From assembly GCA_038207335.1 (NCBI GenBank), contig JBBQZX010000002.1, positions 256,001-320,000 of the forward strand: DNA of 64,000 nucleotides, given 5' to 3'. A program made the translations under genes and the position numbers. The stretch comes from Chthoniobacterales bacterium. Its GTDB lineage: Bacteria; Verrucomicrobiota; Verrucomicrobiia; Chthoniobacterales; Chthoniobacteraceae. Positions 41,379 through 53,947 of the stretch are shown here, one piece after another (positions within the stretch are counted from its first letter, which is position 1; each line of letters starts with the position of its first letter). A model generated the notes under the pieces. That model ran no database searches, was not told the DNA's origin, and was given only the letters and a program-made list of their open reading frames with translations.

Positions 41379-42440
41379 CTAAGGGCTCCCATTCGGCAAC
41401 ACTGGATTCGGCTTTTTCGCTGTAGCCGTTCCCGCCGCAGGTTTCGGTTTGGCCGCGCCTTTCGGGGGCGGTGGAGGCGGCATGATCCCCAAGAGATCCA
41501 GCGCGCCGACTGCCTCCAGAAAGCGCACGTTGCCCTCCGCATCCGGTGCTCCGTATCCGTCCACAATGCCGACGAGTTCCCCCGCATCGTTCACGAGCGG
41601 CATTCCCATGACATCGCGGATGGCAATCGGCGCCTCGAGCGCAACTGTGAACCATTCGCCGCTGCTAAAAACATTCTCCACCCGAGATGACGCAAATTCC
41701 TGGTCGATCTTGTCTTCGTGAATCGCCGCGCGCGCCAAACGCAAGTGATCGCCGACACTCGCGGGCAACAGCTGCGGCTTCAGCGGCGCGACCGGTGGCT
41801 GTTTCACATCGGCCGGCTTGAATTCAAGAAGCCATGTGAGCTGCCGACCAATGAGCCCCGGAGCGCGTGCGAGCCCGATAGCGGCCAGTTCCAAGCCCGG
41901 TTTTTCAGGCTGTGAAAAAGTCCACTTCAAGCACGGGAGCGCGTTCGAATTCGGGTCCAGAGCCATGCTCGCCGGCAGCGCGTGGACGACCGCATAAACC
42001 CCTTCCGGCGCGCGACAGAAGAACGCCGTCCCCGGCCGCACGCGCCCAGCCTTCAGCGTCGCTGCGCTTTTCACAAAAATCCGGCCGACGTCCTTCTGAA
42101 AGAGCGAAACCTTCGGGACCTCCAAGACTTTCGGACGCGTCGCCCACTTGATCAGCACGAATCCGCCGTAGAGCAATCCAAGGCCAAGGAGCAGCACCAC
42201 GCCCAGCCAGCCGAAGAGCGAAAGCTTCGGCGCCGCCGATTCGCCGATGCGATACCTGCTCAACAAGTGCTGGTTCGCTTTGCGAAATGCCTCGCTCTTC
42301 AGCTTGCCGTGACACGGGCAGCAGAGGTGCTCAGCGCCGTGCCGCACAGTCAAATGCTCCGGCCATTTTTGATTGCAAATGACGCACTCAAAAAAGGCGA
42401 CGTCGGGTTCTGTGTTCTGAGCCGGTTCCGCAGAGTTCAT
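41379..42440 (-). CDS. Hypothetical membrane protein (N-terminal Cys cluster, TM, degenerate trypsin-like domain)
   Basis: CVIC...CCPC; TM helix; GTAFF...GMPLVNDAGELVGIV without the GDSG catalytic motif. Confidence 0.65.
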   Translation of the reverse strand: MNSAEPAQNTEPDVAFFECVICNQKWPEHLTVRHGAEHLCCPCHGKLKSEAFRKANQHLLSRYRIGESAAPKLSLFGWLGVVLLLGLGLLYGGFVLIKWATRPKVLEVPKVSLFQKDVGRIFVKSAATLKAGRVRPGTAFFCRAPEGVYAVVHALPASMALDPNSNALPCLKWTFSQPEKPGLELAAIGLARAPGLIGRQLTWLLEFKPADVKQPPVAPLKPQLLPASVGDHLRLARAAIHEDKIDQEFASSRVENVFSSGEWFTVALEAPIAIRDVMGMPLVNDAGELVGIVDGYGAPDAEGNVRFLEAVGALDLLGIMPPPPPPKGAAKPKPAAGTATAKKPNPVLPNGSP

Positions 42441-42723
42441 GATGGGTGGATTTGGAAAATTCTCACTCCTGCCAAAGCAACGCGCGTGCCGAACGGCCGC
42501 GCACTTCCCCTGCTTTTCAAAGACGTGAACGCTCGTCTTTCACCTAAATTCGCGCGCAACACTCCATGTGAAATGCGTCACCGGACGCTCGCGCAACAGC
42601 ATCGGAAACGCAGTCGCGAACAGCATCGTCGACTGCGCTTCTGGTGCTCGCACCGCTGACTTTTATCCGACGCAAGCGCGCCGCGCGTTGACACACGAGT
42701 GCCACTCTGGTGCTCCTTTTGGG

Positions 42724-43101
42724 ATGAAGAAAGTAATCGCGACCACCGACGCGCCTGCCGCTGTAGGGCCGTATTCACAGGCCATCGCAGCCGACGACCT
42801 GCTTTTTTGCGCTGGCCAAATTCCGCTCGATCCTGCCACCGGCGAGATCGCCGCGGGCGGCATCACTGCGCAGACTGAGCGTGTCCTGCAAAACGTCGCC
42901 GCCGTCCTCACCGCAAATGGAATGACCTTTTCGGATGTCGTGAAGACGACTGTGTTCATGACGAACCTCGCCGATTTCGCTGCGATGAATGCAGTTTACT
43001 CGCAGCACTTCGCTGAGCCGTTCCCGGCGCGCTCGACCGTTCAAGTTTCAGCTCTTCCGCGCGGGGCGCAGGTGGAAATTGAAGTCATCGCAGCGCGGTA
43101 G
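42724..43101 (+). CDS. ridA: RidA family enamine/imine deaminase
   Basis: APAAVGPYSQAI, GQIPLDP, FPARSTVQVSALPRGAQVEIE. Confidence 0.93.
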   Translation: MKKVIATTDAPAAVGPYSQAIAADDLLFCAGQIPLDPATGEIAAGGITAQTERVLQNVAAVLTANGMTFSDVVKTTVFMTNLADFAAMNAVYSQHFAEPFPARSTVQVSALPRGAQVEIEVIAAR

Positions 43102-43192
43102 ATTTCACTTTTTCCCGGTACGCTTCGAACGCGCTCTCGACATTCGATGCGCTTGCCGCAACTCCCGACCAGCCACTCTCAACTCATCTCAC

Positions 43193-43762
43193 ATGCCCGA
43201 CGATCTCCTCGCCCTTTTCCGCCAGACCAATGCACTGCTCGAAGGCCACTTCCTGCTCCGCTCCGGCCTTCACTCGCGCCAGTTTTTTCAGTGTGCGCTG
43301 CTGCTTCAGCACACGCCGATCGCGGCACGCGTTTGCGCGATGCTCGCGGAAAAATTGCGAGGCATCGATGCGCAGCGCGTGATTTCACCGGCTCTCGGCG
43401 GAATCATCGTTGGCCATGAAATCGCGCGTGCGCTCGAACTCCCGCACATTTTCGCGGAGAAAAATGACGCGGGCGCACTCGTGCTTCGGCGCGGATTCGT
43501 CATCGCGCCGGGCGACAAATTCATCATCTGCGAAGATGTCGTGACGCGCGGCGGACGCGTGCAGGAGACGATCGAAATCGTCCGATCGCACGGCGGAATC
43601 GTCGCCGCCATAGCCGCCATCGTCGATCGCAGCGGCGGCAATCTACCCGACTTCGGCGCGCCTTTCATCGCGCTGACTCAGATGAACGTGGAGACGTTCG
43701 AGCCCGACAATCTTCCGCCCGACCTCGCTGGCACGCCCGCGATCAAACCTGGCTCGAAATAA
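43193..43762 (+). CDS. pyrE: Orotate phosphoribosyltransferase
   Basis: [26 protein letters not shown]. Confidence 0.95.
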   Translation: MPDDLLALFRQTNALLEGHFLLRSGLHSRQFFQCALLLQHTPIAARVCAMLAEKLRGIDAQRVISPALGGIIVGHEIARALELPHIFAEKNDAGALVLRRGFVIAPGDKFIICEDVVTRGGRVQETIEIVRSHGGIVAAIAAIVDRSGGNLPDFGAPFIALTQMNVETFEPDNLPPDLAGTPAIKPGSK

Positions 43763-43779
43763 CCCGGCGCGCTCCCGCA

Positions 43780-43808
43780 TTGCACCGCTCGCCGAGGCAC
43801 CCTACATT
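43780..43808 (+). promoter_or_regulatory. Putative sigma70 promoter of secA
   Basis: TTGCAC-N17-TACATT. Confidence 0.6.
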
Positions 43809-43832
43809 CCCGGCCCCTTTTACCTCGTCATC

Positions 43833-46790
<2,958 letters not shown>

Positions 46791-46894
46791 AGCCACCGTC
46801 GCCAGCGGCAATGAGCAGGGGCGGCGAGACGAACATCTCCCCCGCGCCCGCCCAAGCATGGCTCCCGCCAAGGGACGCCAGCGAACGGCACGCC

Positions 46895-47083
46895 GATCCC
46901 CGAGATCCGCACGGGGACCTTCGAGATCTGCACGGGGATTTCTAAAATCGGCACGAGGATCGTCTAAATCTGCGCGGGGATTTTTAAAATCGGCACGGGG
47001 ATCGTCGCAATCCGCACGCCGATCTTTAAAATCGGCACGAAGATTTTGTTAATCTTCGTGCCGATTACAAGAATCCTTGTGTA
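46895..47083 (+). repeat. Array of nine degenerate 21-bp tandem repeats (GAT-N7-ATC core)
   Basis: Units start at 46895, 46916, 46937, 46958, 46979, 47000, 47021, 47042 and 47063; example unit GATTTTTAAAATCGGCACGGG. Confidence 0.92.
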
Positions 47084-47166
47084 ATGTTCCACACCTTTTC
47101 CACCCTCAAACATAGGCAACATGCCCTTTATGTTCCACAAACCCCACCCAAGCACTCCCCCTCCCC

Positions 47167-47190
47167 CTTCAACGCCGCACCCGTCGCCCG
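47167..47190 (+). repeat. 24-bp dispersed motif, copy 1
   Basis: CTTCAACGCCGCACCCGTCGCCCG; 23/24 identical to 57479-57502 on the minus strand. Confidence 0.9.
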
Positions 47191-47339
47191 CCCCGCCATT
47201 GAGAACAATGCGCACGCTTTCCCGCTCGCTTCGGGCAGTCCAATCGGAAGGCAGATGGGGGGAGATTTTGAAGCGAGTTTGGACGACGGCGCTGACGGAC
47301 TCGGTGGTGACGCATCACTGGGAGCCGTCGTGGCGGGGC

Positions 47340-47369
47340 TTGACGGGGGGTTTTCGCGTCCCCTAGCAT
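47340..47369 (+). promoter_or_regulatory. Putative sigma70 promoter of accBC
   Basis: TTGACG-N18-TAGCAT. Confidence 0.6.
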
Positions 47370-47402
47370 CCGCGACTCATCCAACCAAAACACCCCACGC
47401 AC

Positions 47403-47855
47403 TTGGACTTAAAAGATATCAAGGAGCTCATAGCTCTGATGAAAAAGAACGATCTCTCGGTCTTCAAAATGGAGAACGAGGGATTCAAAATTACGCTGAA
47501 GAAGGGGTGTGATTTTCAACCGCAAATCGTCGCCGCCGCTCCGCAACAATTCGCCCCGCCCGCCGCGCCCGCGGCAACTCCCGCCGGAGCGCCCGCCGCG
47601 GCGGCCGAGGCTGAGAAGCTGCGCGAGATCAGTTCGCCGATGGTCGGCACATTTTACGGTGCACCGTCGCCGGAGTCAGCGAGCTACGTGAGCCCGGGGC
47701 AGGAGGTGACGGAGGACACGGTGGTATGCATCATTGAGGCGATGAAGGTGATGAATGAGATCAAGGCCGAGTGCCGCGGAATCATCGCGGAGGTCGTCGC
47801 GGAGAGCGGAAAACCGGTGCAGTTCGGGCAAGCGCTGTTCCGGCTGAAGGCGTAA
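47403..47855 (+). CDS. accB: Biotin carboxyl carrier protein
   Basis: [20 protein letters not shown] start. Confidence 0.96.
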   Translation: MDLKDIKELIALMKKNDLSVFKMENEGFKITLKKGCDFQPQIVAAAPQQFAPPAAPAATPAGAPAAAAEAEKLREISSPMVGTFYGAPSPESASYVSPGQEVTEDTVVCIIEAMKVMNEIKAECRGIIAEVVAESGKPVQFGQALFRLKA

Positions 47856-49223
47856 ATGTTCTCCAAAGTCCTGATCGCCAATCGCGGCGAAATCGCCCTG
47901 CGCGTGATCCGCGCGTGCAAGGAACTGGGGATCAAAACGCTGGCGGTTTATTCCGAGGCGGACGTGGATTCGCTGCATGTGCAGCTCGCGGATGAGGCGA
48001 TTTGCATCGGGCCGGCGCTGAGTTCGCAGAGCTATTTGAAGATCGACCGGATCATCAGCGCGGCGGAAATCGGCAATGTGGATGCGATCCATCCGGGCTA
48101 CGGATTCCTCTCCGAGAACGCCCACTTCGCGGATGTGTGCGCAAGCTGCAATATCAAATTCATCGGGCCGCCCGCCGACGCGATCCGCAAGATGGGCGAC
48201 AAAAATATCGCGCGCGCGACCGCGCGAAAAGCCGGAGTGCCCGTGACGCCCGGCAGCGACGGACTCGTCGAGACGGAGCAGGAGGCGCTGAAGGTCGCGA
48301 AGAAAATCGGATACCCGGTGATGATCAAAGCGGTCGCCGGCGGAGGAGGAAAAGGGATGCGCGCCGCGCACAACGACGTGTCGCTTGTGCAGGGTTTTCA
48401 CGGTGCGCGGATGGAGGCGGAGAAGGCATTCGGCAACGCGGGCGTCTATATCGAGAAGCTGATCGAGAACCCGCATCATGTGGAATTTCAAGTCATGGCC
48501 GACTCGCATGGCGATGTCGTCCACATCGGTGAGCGCGACTGCTCGATGCAGCGGCGCAATCAGAAGATAATCGAGGAAACACCGTCGCCACTGATGACCG
48601 AGGGCCTGCGGAAGAAGATGGGCGCGGCCTCGGTGAAGCTGGCGTCGTCGGTGGATTACATCGGTGCCGGAACGATGGAGTATCTCGTGGATGACCGCGG
48701 GAATTTCTACTTCATGGAGATGAACACGCGCATCCAGGTCGAGCACACGATCACCGAGGAGGCATACGGCATCGATCTCGTGAAAGAGCAACTCAAGGTC
48801 GCAGCAGGCGAATCGCTCTCAAATTTCGTCCGCAACGCGAAGCTCAAATACCACGCGATTGAGTGCCGTGTGAACGCCGAGGACCCGTTCAACAACTTCC
48901 AGCCGAGCCCCGGCAAGATCGACCTCTACTACGCGCCGGGCGGCCGCGGCATTCGCATCGACTCGCACGCCTACTCCGGCTACACGGTGCCGCCGCACTA
49001 CGACTCGATGATCGCGAAAATCATCGCCACCGGCACGACGCGAAACAATGCGATCGACCGGATGCGCCGCGCCCTCGGCGAATATCTCGTGCGCGGGATC
49101 AAGACCACGATCCCTTTTCAAGAGACGATCATGCGCGACCCGGATTTCATCCGCGGAAAGTACGACACGAGCTTTGTCGGAAAGCTCATCGAGTCCGGCG
49201 TCGCAAAGCTGCGCCACGGCTAA
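47856..49223 (+). CDS. accC: Biotin carboxylase
   Basis: [36 protein letters not shown]. Confidence 0.98.
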   Translation: MFSKVLIANRGEIALRVIRACKELGIKTLAVYSEADVDSLHVQLADEAICIGPALSSQSYLKIDRIISAAEIGNVDAIHPGYGFLSENAHFADVCASCNIKFIGPPADAIRKMGDKNIARATARKAGVPVTPGSDGLVETEQEALKVAKKIGYPVMIKAVAGGGGKGMRAAHNDVSLVQGFHGARMEAEKAFGNAGVYIEKLIENPHHVEFQVMADSHGDVVHIGERDCSMQRRNQKIIEETPSPLMTEGLRKKMGAASVKLASSVDYIGAGTMEYLVDDRGNFYFMEMNTRIQVEHTITEEAYGIDLVKEQLKVAAGESLSNFVRNAKLKYHAIECRVNAEDPFNNFQPSPGKIDLYYAPGGRGIRIDSHAYSGYTVPPHYDSMIAKIIATGTTRNNAIDRMRRALGEYLVRGIKTTIPFQETIMRDPDFIRGKYDTSFVGKLIESGVAKLRHG

Positions 49224-49237
49224 GCGTGAAGAGCGCC

Positions 49238-49810
49238 TTAGCGCTCCCAGCTCCAGTGAAACATGCTCTTGATCGCCTGCCGGCGGAGAGCAGCGAAGTC
49301 GTCCTTTTGCGCGGTGACTAGGAGCAGGAGCGAGTCGGATGGATAAAGATCGACGATCGAGATCGAGGTGGAAAAGCGGCTTGCCTGCGAGAGGTAGCTG
49401 AATTGCAACTCGCGGCTCGAGACATTGCGCAGCGAGAAGGGGCATGTGACTTCCTCGAGGTAGGTCACCTCCGTCGCATCGCTCGGCAGGAAGCTCTTCA
49501 CCCATTTCGTCAGGTCTTCGAAGTCCGGGGTGAGCGGAGGCGGTTGCGCGGCTTTGCGATCCACGAGTTCGAGATCGACGGCTGCCTGAGTCAGCTCCTG
49601 CGGGTATAGGGTGAGGTGCTTTCCTCCTCCGCTCATCTTCCACTCGGAGGGCGGCTGCCAGGCGACCTTCTCGGCACCATCGGTAAAGTTGACGACGGGA
49701 ACCGCTAACCCCTCGAGTTCACGAGTCCCTGAGATCGGGGTCAGATCAAGCGCGAGCAGCAGCGGGGCGGAGGCGATGCAAAAGAGGAAGGGTAGGACGA
49801 GACTTTTCAT
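49238..49810 (-). CDS. Secreted hypothetical protein
   Basis: Signal peptide MKSLVLPFLFCIASAPLLLA; starts 4 bp after the PilX-like gene ends. Confidence 0.72.
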   Translation of the reverse strand: MKSLVLPFLFCIASAPLLLALDLTPISGTRELEGLAVPVVNFTDGAEKVAWQPPSEWKMSGGGKHLTLYPQELTQAAVDLELVDRKAAQPPPLTPDFEDLTKWVKSFLPSDATEVTYLEEVTCPFSLRNVSSRELQFSYLSQASRFSTSISIVDLYPSDSLLLLVTAQKDDFAALRRQAIKSMFHWSWER

Positions 49811-49814
49811 GATT

Positions 49815-51773
49815 TCAGCGAAGCACCCAACGACCGCGCTCGTAAATCCGGGCAACGTGGAAGCCGGGTGGGTTGCGATCGGACAGGAGCGGATCGTAAT
49901 ACCAGTGGCGATCAGGCGCGCCGTAGCTGGCCGCACCCCACGGTTGAGTCGCCTCTTCGCTATCATAGAGAAGCGCTGTGGCACCGTAGATCGTGGCATA
50001 TTTTCCGGCCCACTTTTCGTGGAAACGGACAAAGTTCTCGATGCCACCGCTGTAGTTGCCACTGCCGGTGCGGGTGGGAACATTGCCCGCTACGATGGCC
50101 GTATTGATGGTCGTTGGAGTCGAGACACGGCTTGTGAGGGCCAAATCAGAATTCGCATCGTTCCATGCGTTGGAGAGAATGTTTACCGCGTCACCAACGA
50201 CGGAGGACGGGGGCCGGACGTAGGAACCCACGACCGGGCTTGGATTCGCGTTGTTATTGTAGCTGGAGGCAGTGTTTGAAGGGGGCTGCACAGTGTTGCT
50301 TCCGGTATTGTAGTCACCCGCGATGTAAACGCTATGCGGACTCACGACCGTGAAGCCCGCTGTGGGAAGAACTCCACCTTTCACCAGCTTGACACCGCGG
50401 GCTCCGCCACTGGTGACAGTTTTAACCAATGCACCTGTGGAAGAATTGACAATTTTCGTCTGGTTTCCGCTCGCTACAGTCGTGCCAGTGTTGCCGGAGC
50501 TGGTATCTTTGATATACAGGGTAATTCCGTCACCGCCGCCGACTCGGTCTTTGAGAGTCCCAGCGTCGGAAGAAGTTTTTACCGAGCTGACATCGAGGAC
50601 AACCAGCTTCACATAGTCGGCGTCTCGGACGTCTTTGATGGCTGTATTTGTCGTGATTGCTGCCTTGAGCGCAACATACTCTGCCGAAGTCGAGGCAAGC
50701 GGAGTAGCGGATGTCCCGGCGTAAATAGTGACACTGTTGTCTGCGGCCACTACGACGCGATAATCGGAGTTCGCGGATAGGCGTTCGCTGCCGGTTTGAT
50801 CGTCGTTCAAATAGGGATCAATTTGGAGAGGGTCAGTGCCGGTGGTGCCGCTCGTTACCTTTTCCTCAATGATTTCATGATAGCCATCATTGTTCTTGTT
50901 GCCGTCTGAGTCGGTGTCGTTCAGCGATGAATCATCCAAGAAGTTTGGGTCCATCAAGTTCGTACTCACGTCCAACAGCTTCTGTTCACTTCCACGATGC
51001 GGGGGATTATTGATGTCCCAGTTGTCGCCAAACCCGTTGGTTGGAATGGTAGGAGCGGTGCCTGGTCTGCGCGAGTCCGCGACGCGATAGTCCATCGTCT
51101 GAGTCCCCAAGAATGTAACGTCTTTCTGAAAATGGAGGAAGTCGTGGGCTGTGTATAGGTCACCTCCAATGTAAGCAGTTCCGCCGATATACATGGGAGC
51201 TCCGGGATGGAATTCGGTGACGGGTTGCGCTCCGAAGTAAAAGTTATCGAAAATACTACGACCGCTTCGGACGAAACTCCGCTTGATGGTGACCGTACTC
51301 ATCCCTCGCATCACCGGAAAATTGACTGCCACAGTGGCTACATAGTAAAGCCGTGTGCGCTGCGTCCAGTTCGTGCCGCTTTCCGCGGCGGGCCTCGCGC
51401 TCGGTGCGGTTAATTCGACAAGAAGGGGGGTCGCTGCCAGTACTGTTGGAGCCGATACGAGCGAAATGTTGGTCGGCGCCGCGATCACAGCAGTCGTGGG
51501 AGCACTGATCTTTGTAGCCAGTGCGCTGTTGGTTAACCCGTCCCGGCGATCCGTGGCGTCGGTCACGGAGATCATCGCTTGGCGCCACTGCTCATAAACC
51601 TGTTCGATCACGGCATCGCCGTATGCCAGCGCCTCGGCGCGATGCACCGTTCTTCCTGCCATTCGCGTGTTATTGGCTGTGACCGAGAGCATGATTGCCA
51701 CGAGGCTGCTCACGGCCGCCATGGTGAACATCACCGCGAGCAAGCTACTGCCGGATTGGGAGTTGTTTTTCAT
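49815..51773 (-). CDS. Large PilX/GspK-like minor pseudopilin
   Basis: MKNNSQSG|SSLLAVMFTMAAV (class III-like signal without Glu5); C-terminal NYSGGIENFVRFHEKW. Confidence 0.8.
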   Translation of the reverse strand: MKNNSQSGSSLLAVMFTMAAVSSLVAIMLSVTANNTRMAGRTVHRAEALAYGDAVIEQVYEQWRQAMISVTDATDRRDGLTNSALATKISAPTTAVIAAPTNISLVSAPTVLAATPLLVELTAPSARPAAESGTNWTQRTRLYYVATVAVNFPVMRGMSTVTIKRSFVRSGRSIFDNFYFGAQPVTEFHPGAPMYIGGTAYIGGDLYTAHDFLHFQKDVTFLGTQTMDYRVADSRRPGTAPTIPTNGFGDNWDINNPPHRGSEQKLLDVSTNLMDPNFLDDSSLNDTDSDGNKNNDGYHEIIEEKVTSGTTGTDPLQIDPYLNDDQTGSERLSANSDYRVVVAADNSVTIYAGTSATPLASTSAEYVALKAAITTNTAIKDVRDADYVKLVVLDVSSVKTSSDAGTLKDRVGGGDGITLYIKDTSSGNTGTTVASGNQTKIVNSSTGALVKTVTSGGARGVKLVKGGVLPTAGFTVVSPHSVYIAGDYNTGSNTVQPPSNTASSYNNNANPSPVVGSYVRPPSSVVGDAVNILSNAWNDANSDLALTSRVSTPTTINTAIVAGNVPTRTGSGNYSGGIENFVRFHEKWAGKYATIYGATALLYDSEEATQPWGAASYGAPDRHWYYDPLLSDRNPPGFHVARIYERGRWVLR

Positions 51774-52639
51774 TCGGTAAGATCGACAGGTGCGGGTTGT
51801 GTGCGGACTGAAATGACTGACTGCAAAGTTGTAGCTCCCCCTAGGAAACGCCTCGCCGTCCACTTCGAATCATAAAACTCAAGTGAAATCCTCATATCCA
51901 ACGATGGATCGGTGCCGATCAGTGCAAAGGGCTTCGGAGATGTGATCCCGGTGCGAACGATGGAGTAAGTGTTTTTTGCACCTCCCGTAAAATTCGGGTG
52001 GAAACGGAGTTCGTTGTTTTGAACAGAATAGGCCGCCTGCCGAAAGAAGTAGCCGGTAGTGATGTTGGTGGAGGTATTGCCAAAAGTGAAACCGAGCGGC
52101 GTGCTGACGGTGAAGCGTCCGTTCGGGCTGCCGCTGGTAGGCGTAGCATTGATGGCTGTAATGGTGAGCTTCGCGTCCACCAGAGGAACCCACACTTTGT
52201 CTCCGATCTGAGGGACGTAGGTCACCACTCCGTTCGGCGCAAAATTAAACGTCAGCGTTGTGGAACTCGGAGTCGTATTCGCGGTGAGTTGGAAGGGTCC
52301 ACCCGCAGTCCGCCAAAAACGGATTCCATTGGCTCGGTTGCTGATTTTTAGACCCGTGAGTGGATCGGTGTCTCCCGAAGTGCCGGCAAGAAAGTCGGTA
52401 TAGGTGCTGCCTGTGCAGGTTTGCAGCTTCACGGGGGATCCAGATGCGTGAATGGCCGCCATCATGCGCTGCTCCGCGCTCATCACCCCTTCATGACTGT
52501 GATTTGTGGCGAGGTTTTTTGCGATGAGCCTCGAAGAGGTCCATCCGAAGCTCAGCAGTGCGATCCCTAGAGTGGAAAATGCGGCTGTGGTCATGATCAG
52601 CTCCACCAAGGTGAATGCTGACTGGGATTTCGTTTTCAT
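51770..52639 (-). CDS. Prepilin-type N-terminal cleavage/methylation protein (PilW/GspJ-like)
   Basis: MKTKSQSA|FTLVELIMTT. Confidence 0.85.
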   Translation of the reverse strand: MKTKSQSAFTLVELIMTTAAFSTLGIALLSFGWTSSRLIAKNLATNHSHEGVMSAEQRMMAAIHASGSPVKLQTCTGSTYTDFLAGTSGDTDPLTGLKISNRANGIRFWRTAGGPFQLTANTTPSSTTLTFNFAPNGVVTYVPQIGDKVWVPLVDAKLTITAINATPTSGSPNGRFTVSTPLGFTFGNTSTNITTGYFFRQAAYSVQNNELRFHPNFTGGAKNTYSIVRTGITSPKPFALIGTDPSLDMRISLEFYDSKWTARRFLGGATTLQSVISVRTQPAPVDLTE

Positions 52640-52654
52640 CGGTGCGCGGCTGCT

Positions 52655-53140
52655 TCAGATGCTGTCGGTCACACGAAGCGTGCTAAGACTGACTGAGTAT
52701 GTCGTGCCGTGGTAAATGTAGGTCGTGGTCACAATCGCGCGTGCGGTGCGCGCATTGATTGCCGTGACGACGGTACGCCGAGTCGCCGCGACGGGGGCAT
52801 CGTACTCAGTCATAGGGCTCGAAAGACCGCTTTGCTTATTAAAAACGTCGTCGTTGAGGGTGAGGTTGTTGGTCTTCGTCCCTGCCGCGAGCACGGCGGG
52901 CAAGCCGGTGGACGTATTCCAAGCCGTCGTGAGAACCTCGTCGATGCGCTGCTGAGTGGCTGCGAGCGCGAGGGTGCGCAGGCGGGAGGAAAAGGCGTAG
53001 CGGTTGAGCTGCGTCATCGCCAGCAGGGAGCCGCAGATGAAAAAGGCGACGATGCTCGATGCGATGAGCAGCTCGACGAGCGTGAAGCCCGAGGCAGTCG
53101 ATTTTCGCAGATGAAACCCGGATCGCGGGAGAGCAGTCAT
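52655..53140 (-). CDS. Prepilin-type N-terminal cleavage/methylation protein (PilV/GspI-like)
   Basis: ASG|FTLVELLIASSIV. Confidence 0.87.
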   Translation of the reverse strand: MTALPRSGFHLRKSTASGFTLVELLIASSIVAFFICGSLLAMTQLNRYAFSSRLRTLALAATQQRIDEVLTTAWNTSTGLPAVLAAGTKTNNLTLNDDVFNKQSGLSSPMTEYDAPVAATRRTVVTAINARTARAIVTTTYIYHGTTYSVSLSTLRVTDSI

Positions 53141-53197
53141 AGCCGCTGTAAAGCAGCCGGCTTGCCAAGTTCGCGGGAACTTTGCCTGCGAGGATTG

Positions 53198-53947
53198 CTA
53201 CTTCACCGCGTCGCTCACTGCCGCGCCGGTGTATTCCCGGTTCATGCGCGAGATGACGCCGATCGGAATTTCCGCCGGACAGACCGCCTCGCATTCGTAG
53301 TGGTTCGAGCAGTTGCCAAAGCCTTCCTCATCCATCTTCCGCACCATTCGGAGCGCGCGCTCGTTGCGCTCAGGCTGGCCCTGCGGGAGGAGTGCGAGAT
53401 GTGAGATTTTTGCGCCGACGAATAGCATCGCGGAGGCGTTCGGGCACGCAGCTACGCACGCGCCGCACTGGATGCACGCGGCGGCTTCCATCGCCTCGTC
53501 GGCGGCCGTCTTGCCGATGAGGATCGCATTTGCATCCTGCGCGCCGCCGACCCGCGCCGTCACGAAGCCACCCGCCTGCTGCACGCGATCCATCGCCTTT
53601 CGATCGCAAACCAAGTCCCGCACCACAGGGAACGCCCGCGCGCGGAATGGCTCGATGAACACCGTCTCGCCGTCCTTGAAATTCCGCATGTAAAGCTGGC
53701 ACGTGGTGGTCGCACTCGTCCCATGCGGGATGCCGTTGATCGTCAGCGAGCACGTCCCGCAGATCCCCTCGCGGCAGTCGTGATCGAACGCAATCGGCGC
53801 CTCGCCTTTCGCCTCCAGCCCTTCATTCACAATGTCCAGCATCTCGAGAAACGACGCATCCGCGGGGATGTTGCGCGCTTCGTAATCGACGAGCGCCCCC
53901 TTGGCTTTCGCGTCTTTCTGACGCCAGACTTTCAGCTTCAGGTTCAT
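53198..53947 (-). CDS. sdhB: Succinate dehydrogenase/fumarate reductase Fe-S subunit
   Basis: [32 protein letters not shown]. Confidence 0.96.
   Translation of the reverse strand: MNLKLKVWRQKDAKAKGALVDYEARNIPADASFLEMLDIVNEGLEAKGEAPIAFDHDCREGICGTCSLTINGIPHGTSATTTCQLYMRNFKDGETVFIEPFRARAFPVVRDLVCDRKAMDRVQQAGGFVTARVGGAQDANAILIGKTAADEAMEAAACIQCGACVAACPNASAMLFVGAKISHLALLPQGQPERNERALRMVRKMDEEGFGNCSNHYECEAVCPAEIPIGVISRMNREYTGAAVSDAVK

Noticed and set aside
46895..47083. CRISPR array (also considered for 57570-57758)
   Set aside because: Units are contiguous, degenerate 21-mers with no unique spacers, and no cas genes are present.
46964..47215. Small ORFs over the 21-bp arrays (46525-47052, 46964-47215, 57482-57772, 57560-57781)
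   Set aside because: No shared peptide between the two loci and no convincing starts; open frames are expected from a repeat period divisible by 3.
47283..47331. Riboswitch or ncRNA upstream of accB
   Set aside because: A hairpin can be drawn, but it lies upstream of the predicted promoter and matches no family I recognise.
46800..47400. Chromosomal oriC
   Set aside because: No dnaA, dnaN or gidA context, no perfect DnaA box, the skew is only a few kb wide, and it recurs 10 kb away.
49815..53140. Naming these genes as Verru_Chthon cassette A-D
   Set aside because: Only three pilin-like genes are present and I cannot confirm family-specific motifs without an HMM search.
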